38,773 nt of DNA from a virus (Duplodnaviria; Caudoviricetes), in IMG/VR virus record IMGVR_UViG_3300048577_000578, positions 1-38,773 of that record; one strand, given 5' to 3'. A program made the translations under genes and the position numbers. The notes beneath the pieces were generated by a model. It did not search any database. It saw nothing but the letters and a program-made list of their open reading frames with translations, and was not told the origin of the DNA. This document shows, piece by piece, positions 9,631 to 17,965 of the stretch. How positions within the stretch are numbered: the first letter of the stretch is position 1; every line of letters starts with the position of its first letter.

Positions 9631-9815
9631 AGGACCACTTGAGAACCACAGGTGGTTCCAGGTGGTTCCAGCGCCAGAACCACCCCCGTCCATAGGACCA
9701 CTGGTTCTAACGGTGGTCCTAGGACTGGTCCTACTCTCCTAAAAGGAGAGGGAGAAAGAGAACGGAATTCTCTCTTTCTCCCGCCTGCAATGCAGGGGCT
9801 TGTATAGCCCTGCAT
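9631..9815. repeat. Iteron array plus hairpins; candidate replication origin
   Basis: About nine AG(A/G)ACCAC or GTGGT(T/C)C units in both orientations at 9631-9732, followed by three short inverted repeats. Confidence 0.65.
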
Positions 9816-9888
9816 GCAGGCGTCGTAGGGGCGGCGAACACAACAACGAAAACAATGTAATCCCCACCACCAGCAATAGACCAAGATC

Positions 9889-10524
9889 ATGAACACATTT
9901 AGTGACGACAAACGAATGCGCGACGACGCATACCGAAAGGCATACCGGGCATGGGTGGCGAAGTTGCCACGCAGGCAGCGCCGACGCCTTGAACAACAGG
10001 GCCTGCTCGAACCCGCAGTCGACGCCCTCCACACAGGCAAGGGCGAAGACATCTCCGCCATGCCGATCGCCGACATCACCACGCTGCCCCATGCGGGGAT
10101 AGGTGGCGATGCGGGCGATGGTGGCGACGAAAACGCCTGCCTCGATAGTCAGGATACCGTGGCTGGTGGTGGCGAAGTAACGAATGCCCCGGCGCCGGAC
10201 TACGACCGCGTCTGGGAGGTGTTGCGGCGGCTCCTTGGCGAACTGCTTTCTACGCCGAACGCCCAGCTCTCGCTGGAGTGCCTGGCGCTCGTCAGTGGCG
10301 TCGGCTTCATGGGCGACTCGATGACCGCGATCGCGAAGCGCCACGGCGTGACCCGTGCCGCCGTGTCCAAGCGCTGCATCCAACTGACCGAACAACTCGA
10401 CATGCTGCCGAGCCGCGCCATGCGCTCGTTGACAGCGCGTGCCACATATCGAACCGCACAAACCAAACACTATGAGCTTCGAGAACGCTTTGACCATCGA
10501 CAGCGCAACCGTCCGCGCAACTGA
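9889..10524 (+). CDS. Hypothetical protein with C-terminal HTH
   Basis: SMTAIAKRHGVTRAAVSKR helix-turn-helix pattern. Confidence 0.75.
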   Translation: MNTFSDDKRMRDDAYRKAYRAWVAKLPRRQRRRLEQQGLLEPAVDALHTGKGEDISAMPIADITTLPHAGIGGDAGDGGDENACLDSQDTVAGGGEVTNAPAPDYDRVWEVLRRLLGELLSTPNAQLSLECLALVSGVGFMGDSMTAIAKRHGVTRAAVSKRCIQLTEQLDMLPSRAMRSLTARATYRTAQTKHYELRERFDHRQRNRPRN

Positions 10525-11167
10525 AACCGGCCTCTGTTTCGACGGCGACCTATCCTTCGAGGAATGGCGCGACGTGGGGCGCAGGGTGGGCCGCGTGGCA
10601 CGCACCTCGCTCTTCCTTGTCGGCGATTGGCTCGTTTACGGCGAGTCCCGCTGGAACGGCGGCGAGCGCTTCGAGAAGATGCCCGATGAACAGTCGGCGC
10701 GTTACATCGAGGCGATGCAGGAGACCGGCCTTGAGCTACGCACCCTGATGGACGCGGCCTACGTGGCGCGGAGCGTGCCCTACGCCGAGCGCCGCCCGCA
10801 GTTAACCTTCGAACACCACAAGGCCGTTGCGAGTCTCAAGAGCGAGGACGAGCGCGGCGAGTGGCTGGAGAAGGCTGACAAGCAGGGCCTCTCGACGCGG
10901 CGGCTGCGCAAGTCGATCCAGCTCGGCCACGTGGCGACGAAGACCGAGATGCAGACGCCGGAAGCGGTGCGAGGAATCGACAATCACATCCCCTGGGTGA
11001 ACGGGCTCTTGCGCTGGTGGAAGAAGTTCGAGGAGTCCGGCTGGGTCGAGAACGCCACCCGCGAGCAGCTGGACGCCGTGCTCGTCGACCTGCGCGAGGT
11101 CGAGGCACTGCTGGCGAAGCTGAAGGACGCCCGCGATGACAAGGAGGCGGTGATCGATATCCAGTAG
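10472..11167 (+). CDS. LmbU-like DNA-binding protein
   Basis: LSFEEW...GDWLVYGE...Y...TL...VAR...RR..LTFEHHKAVA...WL pattern recalled from LmbU-family proteins. Confidence 0.7.
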   Translation: MSFENALTIDSATVRATETGLCFDGDLSFEEWRDVGRRVGRVARTSLFLVGDWLVYGESRWNGGERFEKMPDEQSARYIEAMQETGLELRTLMDAAYVARSVPYAERRPQLTFEHHKAVASLKSEDERGEWLEKADKQGLSTRRLRKSIQLGHVATKTEMQTPEAVRGIDNHIPWVNGLLRWWKKFEESGWVENATREQLDAVLVDLREVEALLAKLKDARDDKEAVIDIQ

Positions 11168-11184
11168 CACACCGTTGCATCCCA

Positions 11185-11208
11185 TCGACTCGTGGCGCCA
11201 CGAGTCGA
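11185..11208. repeat. Perfect 24-bp palindrome, copy 1
   Basis: TCGACTCGTGGCGCCACGAGTCGA, inside an ~40-bp direct repeat. Confidence 0.9.
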
Positions 11209-11244
11209 GCAGACTTAACTGGAGACGACTCAATATGCAGGGGA

Positions 11245-11475
11245 CTAGAACCCCACGCGCAAACCGCAGATGAATGAGACAATGAACGCCCGGCAATGCA
11301 GACAGACTTCCATCATGACGTCAGAGTTGACAGGGAGATAATGGGGTAGGCGAGCGAGGACGAACCCGACGACCGCCGCCCAAGTTGACACGAGGATAGA
11401 GGTATACGCCACGGAGCCAGCCACGATGAAGAACGACGCCAAGCACAACAGCAACCTTTCCAACGCCGCCATCAT
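11245..11475 (-). CDS. Small hydrophobic (membrane) protein, 76 aa
   Basis: AGGAG upstream of ATG 11475; long hydrophobic stretches; lies between the two palindromes. Confidence 0.45.
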   Translation of the reverse strand: MMAALERLLLCLASFFIVAGSVAYTSILVSTWAAVVGFVLARLPHYLPVNSDVMMEVCLHCRAFIVSFICGLRVGF

Positions 11476-11529
11476 GGTGGCCCCGCTCCTTGGCCGAATC
11501 CATTTTGAGTCGCCCGCAGTCGCATCCAA

Positions 11530-11553
11530 TCGACTCGTGGCGCCACGAATCGA
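11530..11553. repeat. 24-bp palindrome, copy 2 (one mismatch)
   Basis: TCGACTCGTGGCGCCACGAATCGA. Confidence 0.9.
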
Positions 11554-11664
11554 GTAGACACTACTGGTTGCAACCAGATGTGAAGGCCGACAATGAAGTA
11601 TGGCACCACATCCAGTAGCGCCGAGTGGGGGCGAATAGGAAATCTATTGAAGATCAAGGACTTA

Positions 11665-11885
11665 TTTAGGGTCCCTCCGCAGACCGGCTTGTTTGAGAGA
11701 CATCACGATTTTTCAATTTCCCACATAAATCAGCCCTTCGATCCCACGGAAACCGCTTAACCAGGCGGTTTTCGTGTTTTCAAGAGGTGGGAAATCGGGG
11801 TGGGAAATTGCCCACTTACTTCCCACTTGGGCCATGGGAAATTTCCCATCGGGAAAGCGGGAAATCGACGCTCGTTTCCCACCGG
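11665..11885. promoter_or_regulatory. Candidate cos-like packaging region with GGGAAA(T)/(T)TTCCC array
   Basis: GGGTCCCTCC from 11669 resembles lambda cosQ context; about nine GGGAAA/TTCCC units at 11715-11883 including palindrome ATGGGAAATTTCCCAT (11834-11849). Confidence 0.4.
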
Positions 11886-11924
11886 TTCCGCGCCCGTTTT
11901 TCTTTCATCGACGCCTGATTACCC

Positions 11925-11952
11925 TAGACGTGATTTGTCGCCGTGTTAGATT
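11925..11952 (+). promoter_or_regulatory. Candidate sigma70 promoter
   Basis: TAGACG, 16-nt spacer, extended -10 TGtTAGATT upstream of the 11983 gene. Confidence 0.4.
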
Positions 11953-11982
11953 GTCTATAGAATCGGAAAGGACTGACAGGCA

Positions 11983-12246
11983 ATGAATAACACATCTTAC
12001 ACAAGCGAAATGAAGGCGCGAATGCAGGCGGGGTTCACGCTCCTGCACGCGCTAGCGGAAACGATACGTTTCCTTGGGGAAGTGCCCTCGGGGGATGTCT
12101 ACGCAAAGCTGGCCGAAAGGATCACGCTCGGCGACTACGAGCGGGCGATCGCCATCCTGAAACGCTCCGGCCTTGTGACCGAGACGCGCAGCCACCTCCT
12201 CCGCTGGAACAAGAGCGCGGAGACGGGAAAGGGGACGGCGCGATGA
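11983..12246 (+). CDS. Hypothetical protein (possible winged helix)
   Basis: GGAAAGGA upstream; ATGA overlap with next gene. Confidence 0.7.
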   Translation: MNNTSYTSEMKARMQAGFTLLHALAETIRFLGEVPSGDVYAKLAERITLGDYERAIAILKRSGLVTETRSHLLRWNKSAETGKGTAR

Positions 12247-12758
12247 ACAAGCTCTACTGGATCATCTGCGAGGAGGGGGAACGAACTCTCTACGAGGGGC
12301 GATACCTTGGGCGCACGCGGGGCGCGGCACTGAAGCACATGAAGGAACAGGTGGGCCGGTCGAATCTGACCGGCCTTGTTTATACGATCACGGAGATCCC
12401 CGTGCCGCTCATCCGCGAGATCGTGGCGGAGGTGATGCGCGGCAACGTAAGTGCCTTCCCGCTCTCCGAAACGCGCCCGCCAGCCCCGACGCAGCACCCC
12501 GAAACGCCCGCCCGCTACGGGGCGTTCAAGGCCGATACGGTAGTGCTGGAACCGGCGGACGAGGCCGATCCGCCGCCGAGGGGTGCAACCGTCCACCTGC
12601 GGACAGACTACGACTGGGCAAAGATCAAGGCGTGCTACATGGACGGGCGCGGCCCGAAGGACGTCGCGGCGATCATGGGAGTGCCGGTGAACACGCTCGC
12701 CAAGCGGATCACTCGCGAAGGCTGGGCACGCGAAAGGAGGGCATCATGCGCACGATAG
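12243..12758 (+). CDS. Hypothetical protein with C-terminal HTH
   Basis: DWAKIKACY...PKDVAAIMGVPVNTLAKRITREGW HTH-like pattern. Confidence 0.72.
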   Translation: MNKLYWIICEEGERTLYEGRYLGRTRGAALKHMKEQVGRSNLTGLVYTITEIPVPLIREIVAEVMRGNVSAFPLSETRPPAPTQHPETPARYGAFKADTVVLEPADEADPPPRGATVHLRTDYDWAKIKACYMDGRGPKDVAAIMGVPVNTLAKRITREGWARERRASCAR

Positions 12759-13390
12759 CCAAGCGCAAGGCCACGCGACCAAGGCCGCTCGCATGGAAAC
12801 CGCGCCAGCCCTCCGATTTGGTCGGCCCGTCGCGGCTCATCGCCGAGAAGCTCATGGCCAAGGCCAAGCGCGGTGGAACGGAGCCGGTGAAGCTCCTTCT
12901 CTACGGCCCGCCGGGCGTCGGCAAGAGCACGATCGCGGAGATGCTGGCCCTCGAATTCACGGGCTCGCCATGGAGCATCGAGGATGTGCCCGGCAAGGTT
13001 GTGACGGTCGAGACCGTGAAGGACTGGATGCGCGAACTCGCCTACGGGAGTCTCTACTCGGAGTGGTCGGTTAAGATCGTGAACGAACTCGACCGCTGCT
13101 CGCGGGATGCGCAGGACCTGCTCCTTGGTTACCTCGACAAGATGCCGCCGGGCCGGGGCTTCATCGGGACGAGTAACCTCGACCTCGGCCAACTCACGGA
13201 GCGATTTCAGACCCGTTTCCAGTCGATCAAACTTGAAGCCCCGAACTCGGATGAGATTCGGGGCTTTTTGATGGCCCACTGGAAGGTTCCGGAGGCCGTT
13301 GCTGCGATGATCGCCGTTGGTTGCGGCGGGAACGTCCGGGCGGCACTGGCCGACCTCGAAACCCACTTCGACGCCACCTGCCATGACTAG
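12746..13390 (+). CDS. Small AAA+ ATPase (clamp-loader-like)
   Basis: AGGAGG before ATG 12746; LLYGPPGVGKST, KIVNELD, TSN, FQTRF, GNVRAAL. Confidence 0.85.
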   Translation: MRTIAKRKATRPRPLAWKPRQPSDLVGPSRLIAEKLMAKAKRGGTEPVKLLLYGPPGVGKSTIAEMLALEFTGSPWSIEDVPGKVVTVETVKDWMRELAYGSLYSEWSVKIVNELDRCSRDAQDLLLGYLDKMPPGRGFIGTSNLDLGQLTERFQTRFQSIKLEAPNSDEIRGFLMAHWKVPEAVAAMIAVGCGGNVRAALADLETHFDATCHD

Positions 13391-14291
13391 CCATGCCGAG
13401 TTCCGGGGCGTGCTGCGAAGCATGATTTCCAAGGCCGACAACTGGCCGCGCAAACCTGACCCGCGCCTCAAGATCGAGACAAAGCCGCACGGATGGCTTC
13501 TCCCCGTTCTTCTTGAATGCGAAAGCGCCTGCTGGGGACGCTGGAACCACTGGTTCCGGACGATGGAGGCGGGGCGTGTCCTCGCCGAGCCCATCCCTCA
13601 GATCGAGTTCCAGCCGGACGCGGCGGGGCTTGCGCGCAAGATGCACGAGAAGTCTTTGGATGCCATTGCACGCGGAAGCTGGCTCGGTTGGGACAGCTGG
13701 CGGATCTTTGACTACTACCTCGACTGGCTCCTCTATGCCTTCGGGAGTCCGCAGCAACCCGAGCCGCCCCGCGAGGTGGAGGACGGAGCGTTCGCGAGGC
13801 TCTATCAGGTGTTTTGCCTCGAAGCCATGATCGCATGGCCCGCCGACCTCTTTGGCGACATGCTGGCCGAGAACCGTCACGGACGCGCCAACGGGTTCTT
13901 TCCGACGCCGCACAGCCTCGTCGAACTCATGACCAAGCTGACCTTTGGGGGCGGCGACAACCGGCTCCAAACCGTGTATGACTCCTGCACGGGCACGGGG
14001 CGAATGCTCCTTCACGCAAGCAACCACAGCTACCGGCTCTACGGTCAGGACATCAATACGACGGTGCTCAAAGCCTGCGCGGTCAACGCCTACTGCTTCG
14101 CGCCGTGGATGGTTCGGCCCTTCCCGTTCCTGAAGGATGACACGGTGGAATCCGTGGAGCCGGTGGCGCTGCCCGAGCCAGTCAAGCCGCCGGAACATGC
14201 GGCAATTCTGACGCCAACGCGGGCCACGAAAACTGTGCCGAAGCCCCGCAAGAAACCGGAACCGGCGCAGCTGACGCTCTTCGACTTTTGA
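13383..14291 (+). CDS. N6 DNA methylase-like protein lacking the NPP(Y/F) motif
   Basis: GFFPTP, VYDSCTGTGRMLL, LYGQDIN present; no NPPY/F-type motif IV seen. Confidence 0.75.
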   Translation: MTSHAEFRGVLRSMISKADNWPRKPDPRLKIETKPHGWLLPVLLECESACWGRWNHWFRTMEAGRVLAEPIPQIEFQPDAAGLARKMHEKSLDAIARGSWLGWDSWRIFDYYLDWLLYAFGSPQQPEPPREVEDGAFARLYQVFCLEAMIAWPADLFGDMLAENRHGRANGFFPTPHSLVELMTKLTFGGGDNRLQTVYDSCTGTGRMLLHASNHSYRLYGQDINTTVLKACAVNAYCFAPWMVRPFPFLKDDTVESVEPVALPEPVKPPEHAAILTPTRATKTVPKPRKKPEPAQLTLFDF

Positions 14292-14293
14292 CA
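14288..14293 (+). promoter_or_regulatory. TTGACA, 14 nt before ATG 14308
   Basis: Member of the recurrent start-linked motif. Confidence 0.6.
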
Positions 14294-14307
14294 TCGTTCC
14301 GCTGGTC

Positions 14308-14970
14308 ATGAAGAGCGAAAAAAGTGCGAAGGCAAAGGCGTTGGCCGATGGGGTGGAGGTGTGGTGCAGCTTCGACAAGCTTGTGCCCGTGGGCGACCTC
14401 CAGCCCAATCCTAGGAACCCGAACACGCACCCGGCGCGGCAGGTCGAGCTGCTGGCGAAGAACATCCGCTACTTCGGCTGGCGGCACCCGATCACAGTTT
14501 CGCGCCTCAGCGGCTGCATTGTGGCCGGTCACGGGCGGCTGGAGGCAGCGAAGGCGCTCGGCGTCCAGCTTGTACCGGTGGACTATCAGGACTTCGCGAG
14601 CGAGAACGACGAAATGGCCGTGCTCGTCGCTGACAACCGCCTCGCGGAACTGGCGATGACCGACCTCAACACACTCGAATCGGTCATCAAGGACCTCCAG
14701 GTGGCTGACTTCGATACGATCCTCACCGGCTTCGAGGACGGCGACCTTGAGAGCCTGCTGGGGAGGGTTGGTGAGGCCGCCGAGGAAGACGGCGAGGCCG
14801 AACCTGCCGACGAAGACCTCGGCAAAGGCGACGTGACGATCGCGCTCGGGCTCTACCGCTTCAAGCTGACGCAGGAGGAGTATCTCGCGTGGATTGACCG
14901 CGTGAAGCAGACCGTGGGCTTCGACAAGGAGTCCGTTACGAAGGAACTACACCGGAGGCTCGGCATATGA
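14308..14970 (+). CDS. ParB/Srx N-terminal domain protein
   Basis: PNPRNPNTH, FGWRHPI, IVAGHGRLEAA, VADNRLAE. Confidence 0.88.
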   Translation: MKSEKSAKAKALADGVEVWCSFDKLVPVGDLQPNPRNPNTHPARQVELLAKNIRYFGWRHPITVSRLSGCIVAGHGRLEAAKALGVQLVPVDYQDFASENDEMAVLVADNRLAELAMTDLNTLESVIKDLQVADFDTILTGFEDGDLESLLGRVGEAAEEDGEAEPADEDLGKGDVTIALGLYRFKLTQEEYLAWIDRVKQTVGFDKESVTKELHRRLGI

Positions 14971-16478
14971 TCACGCTCGAACCCATTTCCGCCGTTGAAC
15001 CGTCGACCTACAATCCTCGCAGTGCCGACGCCGCACGCCTCGACCTCATCGAACTGTCGCTCCGTAAGCTAGGCTTTCTCGCGCCGATCTATGCGGACAG
15101 TAACGGCGAAATCCTCTCCGGCCACCAGCGGCACCTTGTGGCGTCGCGCATGGGTGCAGCGGAGATTCCGGTCTTCCGCACGAAGGCGATGGACCTCGCC
15201 CAGCGCAAGGCCCTCAACATCGTCTTCAACCGCGCGACGAACGACTTTGATTGGAACAGCACGCCGGAGAAGGCGACTCGTGAACTCGCCGCTCTCGACG
15301 TGCAACAGCTCGCCGCCGCGATTCCCGACAAGGCAGCCGGCTCGCCGGAGTTCTACCGCTGCGTGCGTCCAAACATGGTGCCCGTCCGCGACCTTTGCCA
15401 CGCCAACGCTGGCCGCTGGCTCCAATATGCGCGGAACCTCGCCCGCACGCTGCACCGCCACGGCATCCTGATGCCCATCATCTGCCGCCGCGACGGCACG
15501 GTGGTGAACGGCATTGGTCGCCTCGAAATGCTCGCCGAAAAGAAGGCGGAAACCGCGCCCGTCGTGTATGTGACGGACGAGGAAGCGGCGTTTGCAGAGG
15601 CGATGATGAACCTCCTCTCGATGGATTTCGACGTGCATTCCCGCTACGCCGATCTTCTGCGCTACAACTCCTTCCGGCGCGCCCGGCGTGTTCGCGAGGA
15701 GCTTGGCAACGGCTTTATCTTCGCCGTGCATGGGGCGAAGCCCTGCCACACATTCGACATCTTTGACGCCAAGCAGAAGGCCCTCTGGACCCGCGAGCAC
15801 GGGACGACCATCCTCGACTTTGGCGCTGGGCACCTGACGGAAACCGCGATGCTCCGCAGGGCGGGCTTCGCCGTCACCCCCTTTGAGCCCTACCATATCA
15901 GCCGCGCCGAGATTGACCAGACTCAGAGCCTCGAAATCTGCCGCGAGTTCTTGAAAGCGGTGGCGGACGGCACGCAGTGGACCTCGATCTTCCTCGCGAG
16001 CGTGCTCAACTCCGTGCCCTTCGCGACCGACCGCGAGCATATCGCCGTCATCCTTGCCTCGCTTTGCCGTCCGGAAACCCGCGTCTATGCCTGCGCCTCC
16101 AGCGTCAGCGAAACCGGCTGGCGCCAGGTGAACGGCAAGGCGTTCCTCAACAAGTCGAACTCCGGCAACATCGCTTTCCGCCTCGACTACGAAACGGGCA
16201 TCCGAATTGGCGACTTCCAAGAAAAGCCAAAAGTTCAGAAATACCACACGGAAAAAGAGTTCCGTCAGCTATGGACTCCATTCTTCCGCTCGGTTAGGGT
16301 GGAGGAGTTGAGTAACAACGTCACCGCCATCTGCTCGCATGCCCTGCGGTTCGACCCGGAACGGCTCCGCGCCGCGCTGGAGTTCGAGTTTGACCTGCCT
16401 TATCCCGATGGCTCGCGCATGGGACTCGTGGCCGAGGCGATGGCGGCGTTCGGCAAGAGGCTGGGGGTGTCGCTGTGA
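14967..16478 (+). CDS. Tandem ParB-like domains fused to a class I SAM-methyltransferase-like domain
   Basis: YNPR...ILSGHQR; second VVNGIGRL; C-terminal ILDFGAG, FEPY, SVLNSVP. Confidence 0.8.
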   Translation: MITLEPISAVEPSTYNPRSADAARLDLIELSLRKLGFLAPIYADSNGEILSGHQRHLVASRMGAAEIPVFRTKAMDLAQRKALNIVFNRATNDFDWNSTPEKATRELAALDVQQLAAAIPDKAAGSPEFYRCVRPNMVPVRDLCHANAGRWLQYARNLARTLHRHGILMPIICRRDGTVVNGIGRLEMLAEKKAETAPVVYVTDEEAAFAEAMMNLLSMDFDVHSRYADLLRYNSFRRARRVREELGNGFIFAVHGAKPCHTFDIFDAKQKALWTREHGTTILDFGAGHLTETAMLRRAGFAVTPFEPYHISRAEIDQTQSLEICREFLKAVADGTQWTSIFLASVLNSVPFATDREHIAVILASLCRPETRVYACASSVSETGWRQVNGKAFLNKSNSGNIAFRLDYETGIRIGDFQEKPKVQKYHTEKEFRQLWTPFFRSVRVEELSNNVTAICSHALRFDPERLRAALEFEFDLPYPDGSRMGLVAEAMAAFGKRLGVSL

Positions 16479-16897
16479 TCTATCTTCTCGATCTCAACTA
16501 CACTCTCGTCGGGAACTCCCCCAAGCGCGGCGAGCCGCCCCTACGCCCCTTCATTCGCCAACTGGAGCAGGAGACGTATCGCGGCTGGCTCGTGGACCTG
16601 CTCCGCCCGCATCAGGTGATCCTCATCACGGCCCGCCCCAAGCGTTACCGCGAGGCGACCTTGGAGCGCATCAAAGCGCAGACCGATTGGCAACCAATGG
16701 ACGCCTACTTCGCAGAGATCGAAGCAAGACCTCCGCAGATCAAAGAGCACCTCTTGAACGCCCACATCTTCCCGAAATACGGGCGCGAAGGCTACTTCGG
16801 GCTGGAAAGCAATCCGCACACAAGGGCGATGTATGCCCGCTACGGAATCAACGCCGTGCGCGTGTCTGATCAGGAAATGATGTGGCTGCCGGGCTAG
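16475..16897 (+). CDS. HAD-superfamily-like small protein
   Basis: YLLDLNYTL (DxDxT variant), ILITAR, conserved K, LESN. Confidence 0.7.
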   Translation: MIYLLDLNYTLVGNSPKRGEPPLRPFIRQLEQETYRGWLVDLLRPHQVILITARPKRYREATLERIKAQTDWQPMDAYFAEIEARPPQIKEHLLNAHIFPKYGREGYFGLESNPHTRAMYARYGINAVRVSDQEMMWLPG

Positions 16898-17190
16898 GCA
16901 TGAGGTTCGTCCTCTTTCGAGAGTGCTTCCCGCTTGAACGCTTCGTATCCTTCTTCGTAGTCAGCCGCAAATTCGGGATCGTTGAGTTTACGCTTCATGA
17001 CGTAACGAGTTAAGTCGTCCGTAGAAGTCTTAGCATTGCCGAATTTGGACTGCATCTTTGAGCGTATGCCTTCGTCCATATCTTCGACGGAAACGGGTTT
17101 TATGCCTGGCTTGACGAGCCGTTTTGCACATCCGGCTGAGCTTCCGTAGTCCTTCTTGTTTCCGGCGGATTTGTCCTCTGGCGTCGTCAT
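16894..17190 (-). CDS. Small insert protein resembling antitoxin fragments (98 aa)
   Basis: Lower GC, opposite strand; PVSVEDMDEGI and DLTRYVMKRKLNDPEFAADYEEGYEAFK segments. Confidence 0.5.
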   Translation of the reverse strand: MTTPEDKSAGNKKDYGSSAGCAKRLVKPGIKPVSVEDMDEGIRSKMQSKFGNAKTSTDDLTRYVMKRKLNDPEFAADYEEGYEAFKREALSKEDEPHA

Positions 17191-17244
17191 GCGGTTATCT
17201 GATCTGAAGAAAGAGTATTGGTTTCTGAGCAAAAGGCCATGCGT

Positions 17245-17250
17245 TTGACA
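17245..17250 (+). promoter_or_regulatory. TTGACA, 13 nt before ATG 17264
   Basis: Recurrent motif; right edge of insert. Confidence 0.7.
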
Positions 17251-17263
17251 CGCCGCGCCTTGC

Positions 17264-17965
17264 ATGGACGCAATTCAGGTGGACGGCGGGATCACGAGCG
17301 AGGCTAGCAACTGGGTGTTTGATGAGCACGTGGCGCCGCACTTTGACGAGCATGTGCGTAAGAGCGTCCCGGAATACGATCGGGTGCAGGAGTTGGCTGC
17401 GACATTCTCGGACTGGTTTACGCACACAGGCTCCACCGTCCTCGACTTCGGAGCTTCGACCGGAGAAACCATCCGCCGCATCCGGGACCGCCATACAAAG
17501 ACGCTCGACCTCATCGGCTTCGACAACTCGCAGGCCATGATCGAGCAGGCGGCGAAGAAGGGTGTGGACGTACGTTTTCAGGACTTGGAACGCCTGACGA
17601 AGATCCCAGCCTTCAGCTACGGTATCGCGCTCTACGCCCTCCAGTTTCTTCGCCCGCAGGCCCGCCAGCGGCTCGTGTATTCGATCGCGGAAGCCATCGA
17701 GCCGGGCGGCGGCTTCTTTGTCGTGGAAAAAGTGCTCGGCAGCTACCCGACGACGCAGGACATAATCCAGCAGCTCTACTGGGACATGAAAATCCGCAAC
17801 GGCCTGACGCCTGCGCAGGTGCTGAACAAGGCACACGCGCTTCGCGGCTGCATGTATCCGAAGACGATTGACGAGAACGAGGCCGAGTTCCGCGCCGCCG
17901 GATTCTCGCAGGTGGAACTGGTCTTCAAGGACCTGCAATTCTGCGGCTGGCTGCTCATCCGTTAA
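17264..17965 (+). CDS. CmoA-like class I SAM-dependent transferase
   Basis: WVFDEHVAPHFDEHVRKSVPEY, VLDFGASTG, GFDNSQAM, LQFL, PGGGFFVVEK. Confidence 0.82.
   Translation: MDAIQVDGGITSEASNWVFDEHVAPHFDEHVRKSVPEYDRVQELAATFSDWFTHTGSTVLDFGASTGETIRRIRDRHTKTLDLIGFDNSQAMIEQAAKKGVDVRFQDLERLTKIPAFSYGIALYALQFLRPQARQRLVYSIAEAIEPGGGFFVVEKVLGSYPTTQDIIQQLYWDMKIRNGLTPAQVLNKAHALRGCMYPKTIDENEAEFRAAGFSQVELVFKDLQFCGWLLIR

Noticed and set aside
9825-9835. CGTAGGGGCG match to the REP-like element
   Set aside because: The complementary arm is missing; too short to distinguish from chance.
11185-11553. CRISPR array or integron attC interpretation of the palindromes
   Set aside because: Only two repeats with a ~300-bp spacer; no cas genes; no RYYYAAC/GTTRRRY ends.
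11472-11657. Second cassette ORF on the minus strand
   Set aside because: 61 aa, no clear RBS, reads through the palindrome; insufficient support.
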